A stretch of 64,000 nucleotides of DNA from an uncultured Anaerolineales bacterium (GTDB lineage: Bacteria; Chloroflexota; Anaerolineae; UBA7937; B3-Chlor), in contig CAYSSR010000002.1 of the NCBI GenBank assembly GCA_964433755.1, positions 145,419 through 209,418 on the forward strand, in the 5' to 3' direction. Shown here piece after piece: positions 45,949 to 54,698 of this stretch. The notes under the pieces are model-generated. The model saw only the letters and a program-made list of their open reading frames with translations, did no database searches and was not told the DNA's origin. Position 1 is the first letter of the stretch. Each line of letters begins with the position of its first letter. The position numbers were made by a program, and so were the translations under genes.

Positions 45949-48777
45949 GTGAGCGCGGAGCAGGACCGGACACAAGTTCGCGCCCCCGAGAAAGCTCGTC
46001 GAGACATCGAAGAGCTGGTCGAGCGCTTCGCCCGCAACCGCGACGTCTACACCCGCCCCGACTACAAAGAGACCCAGGTCCGCGTAGAGTTCATCGACCC
46101 CTTCTTCGAGGCCCTGGGCTGGGACGTGCGCAACGTCCAGGGGTACGCCGAGGCCTACAAGGACGTGGTCCACGAGGACGCCATCAAGGTCAGCGGGGCC
46201 ACCAAAGCCCCCGACTACTCCTTCCGCGTGGGGGGCGTACGGAAGTTCTTCCTCGAAGCCAAGAAGCCCTCCACGGCGGTCAAGGGCGACGTAGGCCCGG
46301 CCTACCAATTACGTCGCTACGTGTGGAGCTCTCACCTGCCCCTGGGCATCCTCACCGACTTCGAGGAGTTCGCCGTCTACGACTGCCGCCAGCGCCCCCA
46401 GCCCGCCGACAAGGCCAGCGTGGGCCGGGTGATGTACCTGACCTTCGACGAGTATCTGGACCAGATCGACGACATCTACACCATCTTCGCCAGGGAGTCG
46501 GTGCTCAAAGGCTCCTTCGACCGCTACGTGGAGGACACCAAGCGCAAGCGCGGCACCAGCGAGGTAGACGTGGAGTTCCTCAAAGAGATCGAGGGCTGGA
46601 GGGACGAGCTGGCCCGCAACCTGGCCCTGCGCAACGCAGAGCTGTCGGTCCACGAGCTCAACTTCGCCGTACAGCGCACCATTGACCGCATCATCTTCCT
46701 GCGCATGTGCGAGGATCGGGGCATCGAGGGTTACGGTCGCCTGCTGGGGCTGACCGGGGGACCCCACATCTACACGCGTCTGGGGGAGCTGTACCGCGAG
46801 GCCGACGAGAGGTACAACTCCGATCTCTTCGACTTCCAGGAAGACACTCTGACCAAGTCTCTTTCCATCGACGACAAGACCCTCAAGCCCATCCTGTCGG
46901 GCCTCTACTACCCCGACTCTCCCTACGAGTTCTCCGTGCTCCCGGCAGAGATCCTGGGCCAGGTCTACGAGCAGTTCCTGGGCAAGGTCATCCGCCTCAC
47001 CCCCGGCCACCGGGCCAAGGTGGAGGAGAAGCCCGAGGTCAAGAAGGCGGGCGGCGTCTACTACACCCCCTCCTACATCGTGGACTACATCGTGGAGCAG
47101 ACGGTGGGTCGGCTGATCGAGGGCAAGACCCCCAAGCAGATCTCCAGGCTGCGGATTCTGGACCCGGCCTGCGGCTCTGGATCCTTCCTCCTGGGCGCGT
47201 ACCAGCGGCTGCTGGACTACCACCGCCAGTGGTACGAGGAGCACGACCCGGAGAAGGAGGCCCGTTCCAAGCGCCCCGCCATCCGGCAAGGGCGCGGGGG
47301 AGAGTGGCGGCTGACCACAGGAGAGAAGAAACGTATCCTGTTGAACAACATCTACGGGGTGGACATCGACCGCCAGGCCGTGGAGGTGACCAAGCTCAGC
47401 CTCCTGCTCAAGGTACTGGAGGGCGAGAACCAGGAGACCCTGGGCCAGCAGCTCAGACTGTGGCGGGAGAGGGCCCTGCCGGACCTGGGGGACAACGTCA
47501 AGTGCGGCAACTCCCTCATCAGACCGGACTACTTCGAGGGGCAGTTGATCCCCGACGAGGAGGAGATGCGCCGCGTCAATCCCTTCGACTGGGAGAAGGA
47601 GTTCCCGGAGATTATGAAGGCCGGTGGTTTCGACGCGGTGATCGGGAATCCGCCATATGTGTTTGGCGAGTACCTAGACGCCCAAGTCAAGTCCTACTTC
47701 AAGAGCCACTGTAGCTCGGCCATCGGGCAATATGACACATACTGGCTTTTCGCCGAACGCGGAACGGCGTTGACAAGTGCGACCGGCTCTTTCAGCATGA
47801 TCGTGCCCGACGCCCTTCTGGCGCGTGATGAGGCAGCGGTGGTTCGGCGACTTCTCTTGAGCAACGGATTGGCTTCCCTGTACCACTGCGGGCAAGTCTT
47901 CAGCGGGACAGGCGTCTCCGCACTGGTCTATACCCTTTGCAAAGCGCAGCCTGCAACAGCCCGGATACAGGTCTTTGTGCGCGAAGACCATGAGGCCAAG
48001 TTGCTCCAAGAGTGCGATCCAGCATGGTTCGCCGGGGACACACTAGCGCGGTTCACCATATACCTGACGGATCGGGAACGAAAGATCATACAGAGAATCC
48101 AGGACAAAGCTGTCGCGCTTGGAAGCTTGGCTGGAATCTCCCGTGGCGAAGAAAGCGGCAAGAAGAGCCTGCAGTCCAAGGGCTCCATTCCCATCCTCGT
48201 GGGAGAAGATATCACGAGATACCATGTATCCCAGCCTTCTCGATACATCGGCAAGGTGTCCAAAGCCGCCGGGAACTACCGCGGACCGAAGATAGTAATC
48301 GTCAAGACGGGGCAATCAGTGGTAGCGGCGGCGGAGCGAGACGGCCTCGTAACGCTCCAGTCTCTCTACAACATACACGCCAAGACCACGACGCGCATGA
48401 GACTTGAGTACATCCTCGGTCATATAAACAGCGCCCTAGTGACGTTCTACGCTCGCAAGGAGTTCACGAGCTACAAGCAGCTGTTCCCCCAGTTCAACCA
48501 GACAACCGTGAAGCAGCTGCCAATTCGCACCATCGACTTCGACGACCCCGAGGACGCACCCCAGCACGACAAGATGGTCGGCCTCGTGCAACGCATGCTG
48601 GACCTGCACAAGAAGCTGGCCGCCGCGACCGTCCCCGCCGACAAGAAGCTCTACCAGCGCCAGATCGACGCCACCGACGCGGAGATCGACGCGCTGGTCT
48701 ATGAGTTGTATGGGTTGACCGAGGAAGAGATCGCGATTGTGGAGGGGCGGGATCACCCAGCGTACAAAACCAGCTGA
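45949..48777 (+). CDS. Type IIG (MmeI/Eco57I-like) fused restriction endonuclease / N6-adenine DNA methyltransferase
   Basis: GTG start at 45949 after GGAGGGAG. The N-terminus KETQVRVEFIDPFFEALGWDV and PDYSF..(12 aa)..FLEAKKP form a PD-(D/E)xK-like motif. Methyltransferase motif I is ILDPACGSGSFLLGAY and motif IV is VIGNPPYV. The C-terminal TaqI-like specificity region ends with DALVYELYGLTEEEIAIVEG. Confidence 0.85.
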   Translation: MSAEQDRTQVRAPEKARRDIEELVERFARNRDVYTRPDYKETQVRVEFIDPFFEALGWDVRNVQGYAEAYKDVVHEDAIKVSGATKAPDYSFRVGGVRKFFLEAKKPSTAVKGDVGPAYQLRRYVWSSHLPLGILTDFEEFAVYDCRQRPQPADKASVGRVMYLTFDEYLDQIDDIYTIFARESVLKGSFDRYVEDTKRKRGTSEVDVEFLKEIEGWRDELARNLALRNAELSVHELNFAVQRTIDRIIFLRMCEDRGIEGYGRLLGLTGGPHIYTRLGELYREADERYNSDLFDFQEDTLTKSLSIDDKTLKPILSGLYYPDSPYEFSVLPAEILGQVYEQFLGKVIRLTPGHRAKVEEKPEVKKAGGVYYTPSYIVDYIVEQTVGRLIEGKTPKQISRLRILDPACGSGSFLLGAYQRLLDYHRQWYEEHDPEKEARSKRPAIRQGRGGEWRLTTGEKKRILLNNIYGVDIDRQAVEVTKLSLLLKVLEGENQETLGQQLRLWRERALPDLGDNVKCGNSLIRPDYFEGQLIPDEEEMRRVNPFDWEKEFPEIMKAGGFDAVIGNPPYVFGEYLDAQVKSYFKSHCSSAIGQYDTYWLFAERGTALTSATGSFSMIVPDALLARDEAAVVRRLLLSNGLASLYHCGQVFSGTGVSALVYTLCKAQPATARIQVFVREDHEAKLLQECDPAWFAGDTLARFTIYLTDRERKIIQRIQDKAVALGSLAGISRGEESGKKSLQSKGSIPILVGEDITRYHVSQPSRYIGKVSKAAGNYRGPKIVIVKTGQSVVAAAERDGLVTLQSLYNIHAKTTTRMRLEYILGHINSALVTFYARKEFTSYKQLFPQFNQTTVKQLPIRTIDFDDPEDAPQHDKMVGLVQRMLDLHKKLAAATVPADKKLYQRQIDATDAEIDALVYELYGLTEEEIAIVEGRDHPAYKTS
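48626..48753 (+). repeat. R0: master copy of the R repeat (3' end of the R-M CDS)
   Basis: CGACCGTCCCCGCCGACAAGAAGCTCTACCAGCGCCAGATCGACGCCACCGACGCGGAGATCGACGCGCTGGTCTATGAGTTGTATGGGTTGACCGAGGAAGAGATCGCGATTGTGGAGGGGCGGGAT. Copies R1-R9 follow downstream in the same orientation. Confidence 0.9.
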
Positions 48778-48883
48778 TTCCACTTGGACCTCTCTAGATG
48801 CGCCGAGGGAGCCCATAGGAGGCAAGTAGCGGGCGCAAACGTCGCCTTGCTGAGCCGGGCGGCGCGACAAATGGAGGACTCAC

Positions 48884-49636
48884 ATGCCGACAGAACCCCG
48901 GCGCAAGACGCAGATGTGGTGGTACTTCGTATCCCTCGTCAGGTTTGTCGTTCTGCCACTGGTGCTCATCGCGCTAGTTGCCTGCATCGTGTACGCACGC
49001 GTCGATAGGACAGCTGGAGTTGCCCTACTTGTGTCCATCGCACTCGGCTATATTGCCACCGTCGAACGACTACTTAGGAAGCCGTATCTGGCCTCGTTCT
49101 TGCCTGACCCCCAGTGCTCCAAGCCTAGCGACGAAAACGATGCGGCCAGTTGGTTCATCAGGGTAGGGGTCGTCAACTACGGTCTGACCCCAGCAAAGGA
49201 GTGCGTCGGCAGACTGTTGGAGGTCCGGAGTGCCGACGGTCAACACCTGGCCAAGTTCGATCCCCTTACTCTTTTCTGGGCGAGGCAGGACAGGGAGAAC
49301 ACTGGCTTCAGTCCCGCGGTCATTCAGGGTGGTGGTGATTTCGAGTATCTTGACATAGCGCAGGTCAAGAGAGCAGACACAACTCCCCTAGCCTTGCGAG
49401 TGGTAGTTCCGCGGCGAATGAGCTTGACGCAATGGCCTGCTGACTACCCATCACCAGGACATGACCCGGTGCTCAAGCCGGGCACCTACAATCTCCTGAT
49501 CGGTGTTCATGCCGCGGATGCGTACGTCAGGCCGTGTTGGTTTGAGATCACCTGTGACGCGGACGTGCCAGACTCGTGCGGCGACAAGGTACCGTGTCGG
49601 ATTCGAAAAACGACACATCGGTGTGAGCGAGGATAG
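48884..49636 (+). CDS. Cassette 1: hypothetical protein with 2-TM N-terminus and a beta-rich C-terminal domain
   Basis: The ATG follows GGAGGA. TM stretches are WWYFVSLVRFVVLPLVLIALVACIVYA and GVALLVSIALGYIA. I recognise no motif in the soluble part. Confidence 0.6.
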   Translation: MPTEPRRKTQMWWYFVSLVRFVVLPLVLIALVACIVYARVDRTAGVALLVSIALGYIATVERLLRKPYLASFLPDPQCSKPSDENDAASWFIRVGVVNYGLTPAKECVGRLLEVRSADGQHLAKFDPLTLFWARQDRENTGFSPAVIQGGGDFEYLDIAQVKRADTTPLALRVVVPRRMSLTQWPADYPSPGHDPVLKPGTYNLLIGVHAADAYVRPCWFEITCDADVPDSCGDKVPCRIRKTTHRCERG

Positions 49637-49647
49637 GGAGCTTCGGC

Positions 49648-49767
49648 CCAGCCGACAAGAAGCTCTACCACCGCCAGATCGAGGCCACCGACGCGGAGGT
49701 CGACGCGCTGGTGTATGAGTTGTATGGGTTGACCGAGGAGCAGATCGCGATTGTGGAGGGGCGGGAT
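49648..49767 (+). repeat. R1: direct repeat of the R-M 3' end
   Basis: About 120 bp collinear with R0 with a handful of substitutions, ending at the same ..ATTGTGGAGGGGCGGGAT boundary. It starts 12 nt after the cassette 1 stop. Confidence 0.9.
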
Positions 49768-49892
49768 GGGCAATTGCACTGAACGCATCGACTCCACCGG
49801 GAGGCGGCTCTTCATCTCGGTGGCGGACGGATCCGACGTGATCGCCGATCCAGACATGGGTATGCGAGTTGTGCGTCTAGGTCGACCGGACA

Positions 49893-51227
49893 GTGGCACC
49901 GGGCATGAGGGACGACTGGGACCACGACGGAGGGATACGGATCGTGTCCAATAGCGCTTCAAGCATACTGCTGAACCTCGTGGCCACGGCGATCATCGCG
50001 ATGGTAGTGTACGCTCTGTCGCTAGCCTACCCGGCTATGCCCGTCGAGTTGAGAGCGCTCCTTTCATCTCTTATGGCCATCGTCCTAGTACTGGCGTGGC
50101 ATTTGGCAATTGCCAGGGTGTACGTGAGGTTTGCACCCTGGGTTGTTGAGACCACGCAGAGAGTGCGCAAAGGTTGGACGGCGAGGCTACAGCGGGTCGG
50201 GATACAGGCGGTTCGCCTTCGCGCCTACCTAGGAGGTGAGATGGAACAAATGCACTCAGACTTAAGGCTCGAGACAGAGAAGTATGCAGCCGAAAAGGCC
50301 AACGTGGAGCAACTCACGCTCGCGCTGGTGACTCTGAGCGACCACACACTGAGACTCTTTGACCGCCGCGTAGAAAGACCCCAGGACTTGGAATGGGGTG
50401 GCGCTATGGCGGCGAGCGAACAGGCTCTCGAGTGCGTTGCCGCTGCGTTGTGGCATCACGTGACCAAGATCATATACTACGACCCGCACTACCCCGTGTC
50501 GTGGGTGGGAGAAGAGAATGCGAGGGAGGCCCGGAACTACTTCGTGCGGAGGTTCTTCGTAGAGAAGAACGCTCAACAGTTGCAGACATGGATTGTCGAG
50601 GCCCTGAAGAGCGACCTGGCTCACAGGTCTCTGATCGTCTTTGCCCAGGATGTAGTACCTGACACTGTCGCCGAGGTGCGCAACGACACCTGCTTGATCA
50701 GGAAGTACCTTGATGCCGGAGGGCGGGTGGTATGGAGGGGAGACATCCCATTCTGGTACCAAGGGAAGGCCGGTGGTGCACGCGACAATTGGCACGGCAC
50801 TGATCCGTTCGAGTGCGGGCCTTGGAAGATACTCGGCGTCTACTACCACAACTATGTCGTCAAATGGGTGGCGCCGCGAGAGGGTGCGGGAACGTTGTGG
50901 GGAGCCGATCTGCCACTACGCACTACCGCTGCAGGGAGGGACATTGGCTTGGACTACCCTCGTCAGGGGGTTGACATACGACCGGCACCGCGCGATGACG
51001 TCGACGTCAGCTATCTCTCACTGCCGCAGGAGGGTTTCAGGGTATTCGGGTCCAACCAACACGGCAGTGCAGGTGAGTTCGCCCTGTCTTGGAAGAAGAA
51101 CTTCAACGAGCGTTACCCCCATAGTGGATTCATGCAATACATCCTCGGCGACTTCGTGTGGAACGACGTCAACGATGACTTCTTTCGATTCGCTGTCTCT
51201 GGCTGGCCACTTCTGTTCGACGAATAG
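49893..51227 (+). CDS. Cassette 2: hypothetical protein with 2-TM N-terminus, coiled-coil segment and a large unknown C-terminal domain
   Basis: TM stretches are ILLNLVATAIIAMVVYALSLAY and LLSSLMAIVLVLAWHLAIA. The start is uncertain (GTG 49893 or ATG 49905) and no strong RBS is visible. Confidence 0.55.
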   Translation: MAPGMRDDWDHDGGIRIVSNSASSILLNLVATAIIAMVVYALSLAYPAMPVELRALLSSLMAIVLVLAWHLAIARVYVRFAPWVVETTQRVRKGWTARLQRVGIQAVRLRAYLGGEMEQMHSDLRLETEKYAAEKANVEQLTLALVTLSDHTLRLFDRRVERPQDLEWGGAMAASEQALECVAAALWHHVTKIIYYDPHYPVSWVGEENAREARNYFVRRFFVEKNAQQLQTWIVEALKSDLAHRSLIVFAQDVVPDTVAEVRNDTCLIRKYLDAGGRVVWRGDIPFWYQGKAGGARDNWHGTDPFECGPWKILGVYYHNYVVKWVAPREGAGTLWGADLPLRTTAAGRDIGLDYPRQGVDIRPAPRDDVDVSYLSLPQEGFRVFGSNQHGSAGEFALSWKKNFNERYPHSGFMQYILGDFVWNDVNDDFFRFAVSGWPLLFDE

Positions 51228-51270
51228 TAGCAGACACTCATGAGCACAGAACGTACGCGGCCGAGATGCT

Positions 51271-51367
51271 CTGCCAGCGCCGGATCAAGGCCGCCGACGC
51301 GGAGATCGGTGCGCTGGTGTATGAGTTGTATGGGTTGACCGAGGAGGAGATCGCGATTGTGGAGGGC
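51271..51367 (+). repeat. R2: direct repeat of the R-M 3' end
   Basis: CTGCCAGCGCCGGATCAAGGCCGCCGACGCGGAGATCGGTGCGCTGGTGTATGAGTTGTATGGGTTGACCGAGGAGGAGATCGCGATTGTGGAGGGC. Weaker homology extends left to about 51259. Confidence 0.9.
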
Positions 51368-51483
51368 AGACGGCCTTCAACTTGATGACATGACGCCAGC
51401 AAAGGGACGTGACCTCACGAATAGCCTGTGGGCCATGTTGTCCGCGACTGGAGGCATGGCGGGTGATCTTGAGGGAGCGAGAA

Positions 51484-52989
51484 ATGGGCAACGATAGTCG
51501 CTATGCGCTCCAATTCCTATTCGATGCCTCTCAGATCACACCTGATCAGCTTGACGAGAGAGCACGAGCCCTCCTGCGAAAGCATCTACCCAAGATAGAC
51601 CTTCACGTCAAGTCGATCAAGCCCGGGGGCGTGGAACTCTCGATCACAGGATCACTCAAGGATGTAGACGCCTGTCACGGCAAGGTCAATGAGGAGCTGT
51701 TCGAGCGCCATTCCTGCGTGAGGGTTCTCGACGAGGCGGGCGACCAGATCAGGCAACGAGCATACCCTATCCTCGCTCAAATCGAACAGGGACTGCGAAC
51801 CTTCCTGAACCGCGCCATGGCCGAGGTCATAGGCTTTGATTGGTGGGACTCTATGAGCCCGCCCGATCTGCGAACGAGCGTGGAACTGATCGAAAGGAAA
51901 GCGGGAAAGGTCTCGGCAATCCACCATCCCCTTGACCTAACATACTTCGAGCAGCTAGTGGACATGGTCACGGCGTCAGTCCAGGAATGGGACGCCGATA
52001 GAGCGCTCTCTGCAGCTGACCTGGCAGATCTCCTCTGCGATAGTGATTCGATGGACGAAGTGCAAGAGAAACTGGCGGGCAAAACGCGCAAGATCTCGCT
52101 ATGGGACGAGGTTTTTGCGCGCTATTTCGACCAACAGGGCGAATGGAGCGACCTTGCCAAGCAGCTGCATGACTCAGTGATTCCTGCTCGGAACAAGGTC
52201 ATGCATCACCGACCGATCCGGCTTTACGAACTCCAGCACCTATCGGAGATTCACGCCACTGTCCGCACTCTGCTGTCTTCAGCGAAGCCGGAGTTGCCGC
52301 AGGAAGAGCGCGCGGAGGCACGCCAAGTCAGCATGGACTTCATTGACGTCACGCGAGAACAGGCGCAGAGTTGGGCGACACTCCAGCGGGCCGCGCTTGA
52401 GCCGATCGGACAACAACAGACGCAGGGGACGCTCTTGCAGAAAGCCGTGCTTGAGTCGATCCGGCAGGAAGAGGCCCAGGGGACACCACTGCAGCGAGCC
52501 GTACTTGAGGTCGTCCAACGACAGGAGGCGCAGTGGACGCCACTGCAGAGAGCCGTACTTGAGCTCGTCCAACGACAGGAGGCGCAGTGGACGTCACTGC
52601 AACGAGCCGTACTTGAGCTCGTCCAACGACCGGAGGCGCAGTGGACGTCACTGCAGCAAGCCGTGCTTGAGCTTTGTCGCCAGCCCTCAGAGCAGATGGC
52701 ACTTGCGCTCCAAGGACTGGCGAAACCTCCATCGTCTGAAGTCGATGGCTGGGAAGGGGAGAGTCGCGTGACCTACCGAGTCTACGAGAATTGGTCTGCA
52801 AGACCCGACAAGGCCATCATACACCGCGCTGACTGCTCCTATGCCAATGACGGGCCGATCCGTCCTCCAACCAAGAACGGTCAGTGGCACGGTCCGTTTG
52901 CCACCTTTGAAGAGGCGCTCGAAGCCGCCAAGGGCACTGGCCGCAAGGACGTGCGTGGGTGCAAGTATTGCAGTCCCAGCAGACCATGA
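51484..52989 (+). CDS. Cassette 3: Swt1-like HEPN domain protein with 19-aa tandem repeats and a Cys/His-rich C-terminal module
   Basis: ATG at 51484 after GGAGCGAG. ILAQIEQGLRTFLNRAMAEVIGFDWWDSM.. followed by ..VIPARNKVMHHRP gives an RNxxxH (Rx4H) HEPN signature. About six QRAVLELVQRQEAQWT(P/S)L repeats follow. The C-terminus is IHRADCSY..GQWHGPFATFEEA..GCKYCSP. Confidence 0.65.
   Translation: MGNDSRYALQFLFDASQITPDQLDERARALLRKHLPKIDLHVKSIKPGGVELSITGSLKDVDACHGKVNEELFERHSCVRVLDEAGDQIRQRAYPILAQIEQGLRTFLNRAMAEVIGFDWWDSMSPPDLRTSVELIERKAGKVSAIHHPLDLTYFEQLVDMVTASVQEWDADRALSAADLADLLCDSDSMDEVQEKLAGKTRKISLWDEVFARYFDQQGEWSDLAKQLHDSVIPARNKVMHHRPIRLYELQHLSEIHATVRTLLSSAKPELPQEERAEARQVSMDFIDVTREQAQSWATLQRAALEPIGQQQTQGTLLQKAVLESIRQEEAQGTPLQRAVLEVVQRQEAQWTPLQRAVLELVQRQEAQWTSLQRAVLELVQRPEAQWTSLQQAVLELCRQPSEQMALALQGLAKPPSSEVDGWEGESRVTYRVYENWSARPDKAIIHRADCSYANDGPIRPPTKNGQWHGPFATFEEALEAAKGTGRKDVRGCKYCSPSRP
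52366..52690 (+). repeat. 57-bp in-frame tandem repeat (about 5-6 units) inside the cassette 3 CDS
   Basis: Units such as CTGCAGAGAGCCGTACTTGAGCTCGTCCAACGACAGGAGGCGCAGTGGACGTCA recur head to tail. The central units are nearly identical and the outer ones have diverged. Confidence 0.85.
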
Positions 52990-52990
52990 G

Positions 52991-53113
52991 CCACCGTCCC
53001 CGCCGACAAGCAGCTCTCCCAGCGCCAGATCGAGGCCACCGACCAGGAGATCGACGCGCTGGTGTATGAGTTGTATGGGCTGACGGAGGAAGAGATCGCG
53101 ATTGTGGAGGGGC
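52991..53113 (+). repeat. R3: direct repeat of the R-M 3' end
   Basis: It starts immediately after the cassette 3 stop codon. CCACCGTCCCCGCCGACAAGCAGCTCTCCCAGCGCCAGATCGAGGCCACCGACCAGGAGATCGACGCGCTGGTGTATGAGTTGTATGGGCTGACGGAGGAAGAGATCGCGATTGTGGAGGGGC. Confidence 0.9.
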
Positions 53114-53143
53114 AGAATCACTGAAACACTGAGAACACTGATT

Positions 53144-53165
53144 CCACTGAAGGAGACTTCAGTGG
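53144..53165 (+). other. Perfect hairpin CCACTGAAG-GAGA-CTTCAGTGG
   Basis: 9-bp stem with a 4-nt loop between R3 and R4, embedded in a run of CACTGA/CAGTGG words. No T-tract follows, so a terminator function is uncertain. Confidence 0.4.
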
Positions 53166-53205
53166 TCTCAGCCCTCCAGTGGCCTCAGTCATTCAAGGGC
53201 CTCGG

Positions 53206-53270
53206 AAGATCGACGTGTTGGTGTATGAATCGCAAGGACTGATAGAGGAGGAGATCGCTGTTGTGAGCGA
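53206..53270 (+). repeat. R4: degenerate copy of the R repeat
   Basis: AAGATCGACGTGTTGGTGTATGAATCGCAAGGACTGATAGAGGAGGAGATCGCTGTTGTGAGCGA aligns with GAGATCGACGCGCTGGTCTATGAGTTGTATGGGTTGACCGAGGAAGAGATCGCGATTGTGGAGGG. Confidence 0.7.
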
Positions 53271-53465
53271 GGCGTCAAGGAGGCGACCGCGAATGGCACC
53301 CGTCCCGCGGCGCTCGCGAGGTACGTTGCTTTGAGGGCGTATGCGGGAGCTTTCACTAGGCACGACGCAAGAGTGCATTCCTGCGGACAACCCTGGACGA
53401 CATCCTACGGAGAGAGAGTACGCACGGGAAACGCTTGGAGGTCGCGTCCGAGAATGGGGGAATAG

Positions 53466-54440
53466 ATGAACGTCTTCATCGACACTAACATCTTGTTGAA
53501 CTTCTTTCACTTCACGGCAGATGAGCTAGATGGACTGAACAATGTCTTCGCCTCGCAGGAGCAGGGCGCGGCAATGGTCCACCTCACCGATCAAGTGCGC
53601 GATGAATTCCGAAGGAATCGGGAGTCCAGGATAATAGATGCTCTCAAGCGATTCGGGCAGCTTGAACCCTCCGTGCAGCTGCCATCATTCATGCGTGGCT
53701 ATGAAGAGTACGATGAGATCCGCGAGCTGGCCGGAGCCCTGAGCGAGAAACTCAAAGCCATCCGTCAGAAGGCCACAGATGACATCCGCCGGAAGAACCT
53801 AACCGCTGACCATCTGATCGGGGACATCTTCGAGCGCTCCGCGATAACACAGACCTCTAGCGCCGTATACGACAGCGCTCGCATGAGAATGGACATAGGT
53901 AACCCGCCGGGCAAGCGTGGGTCAATTGGCGATGCAATCAACTGGCTTCTCCTGTTGCAGGCTGTTCCGAACGGAGAGGACCTTCACATCATCAGCGAAG
54001 ATGGCGACTTCTACTCTACGTTGGATGAAACGGCCATAAACCCGTTCTTGGAGGAAGAGTGGCGCGAGCAGAAGCAATCTTCGGTTAGGGTGTATCGAAC
54101 ACTCAGCGAGTTCACGAGAGAGCACTTCGACGGCGTCGCCCTCTCCTTTGACCAAGAGAAGAAGGCTCTCATAGACGCGCTCGCGGACAGCCCCACCTTC
54201 GCCGCCACACACGCACTGATTGCCAACCTCAACAAGTATGGCTACTTCTCCCTCGGAGAAGCGAGGGCGATCCTTGATGCTGCGGATCGCAACAACCAGC
54301 TTGGGATGATCATTACCGACCAAGACATCTCCGATTTCCTGGCTAAGGCCGTCATACCGCACCGGTCCAACTTGGACGAGACAGCGCATCAGGAGATCAT
54401 CGATGCCATCCTGGCGGATCAGGCAGGACGGGACAACTGA
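53466..54440 (+). CDS. Cassette 4: PIN-like (DUF4935-type) domain protein
   Basis: ATG after TGGGGGA. The N-terminus MNVFIDTNILLNFFHF and the later GSIGDAINWLLLL..LHIISEDGDF match the acidic-residue layout of PIN-like nucleases. The C-terminal third is unknown. The segment is visibly AT-richer. Confidence 0.6.
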   Translation: MNVFIDTNILLNFFHFTADELDGLNNVFASQEQGAAMVHLTDQVRDEFRRNRESRIIDALKRFGQLEPSVQLPSFMRGYEEYDEIRELAGALSEKLKAIRQKATDDIRRKNLTADHLIGDIFERSAITQTSSAVYDSARMRMDIGNPPGKRGSIGDAINWLLLLQAVPNGEDLHIISEDGDFYSTLDETAINPFLEEEWREQKQSSVRVYRTLSEFTREHFDGVALSFDQEKKALIDALADSPTFAATHALIANLNKYGYFSLGEARAILDAADRNNQLGMIITDQDISDFLAKAVIPHRSNLDETAHQEIIDAILADQAGRDN

Positions 54441-54608
54441 CAAGACCGCCCAGCCCAGACTCGTAGATCGCGGGGCTGGCTTGCCAAGGTGAAAGAAGCG
54501 CTGCCCCACACGTTGCACCGCAACTCGCGGATTGTCTGACAAAGAACCATCGGGCCACACATGCGGGGCCCGGCAGTCGGTCCAGGCCTCCCGCATCGGG
54601 GCACAAAT

Positions 54609-54627
54609 GCGGAGATCGACGCGCTGG
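54609..54627 (+). repeat. R5: short remnant of the R repeat
   Basis: GCGGAGATCGACGCGCTGG is an exact 19-mer match to R0 (48679-48697). The flanks have decayed. Confidence 0.55.
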
Positions 54628-54698
54628 GCCAGATAGGATGATCAGGCGGAGTTGTACCTGCCAAGTCGGTAGGTACCTCCCCAAGGAGCGCTTCAGCA

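Noticed and set aside
45593-45973. 127-codon N-terminal extension of the flippase ORF
   Set aside because: It runs through the REP-like palindrome, the 25-mer repeat and the R-M promoter region. A hydrophobic, typical N-terminus starts at the internal ATG at 45592.
46309-47714. 326-aa antisense ORF and 335-aa off-frame ORF inside the R-M gene
   Set aside because: Both overlap the frame carrying the methyltransferase motifs. Their Pro/Arg/Gly-rich composition indicates non-coding frames.
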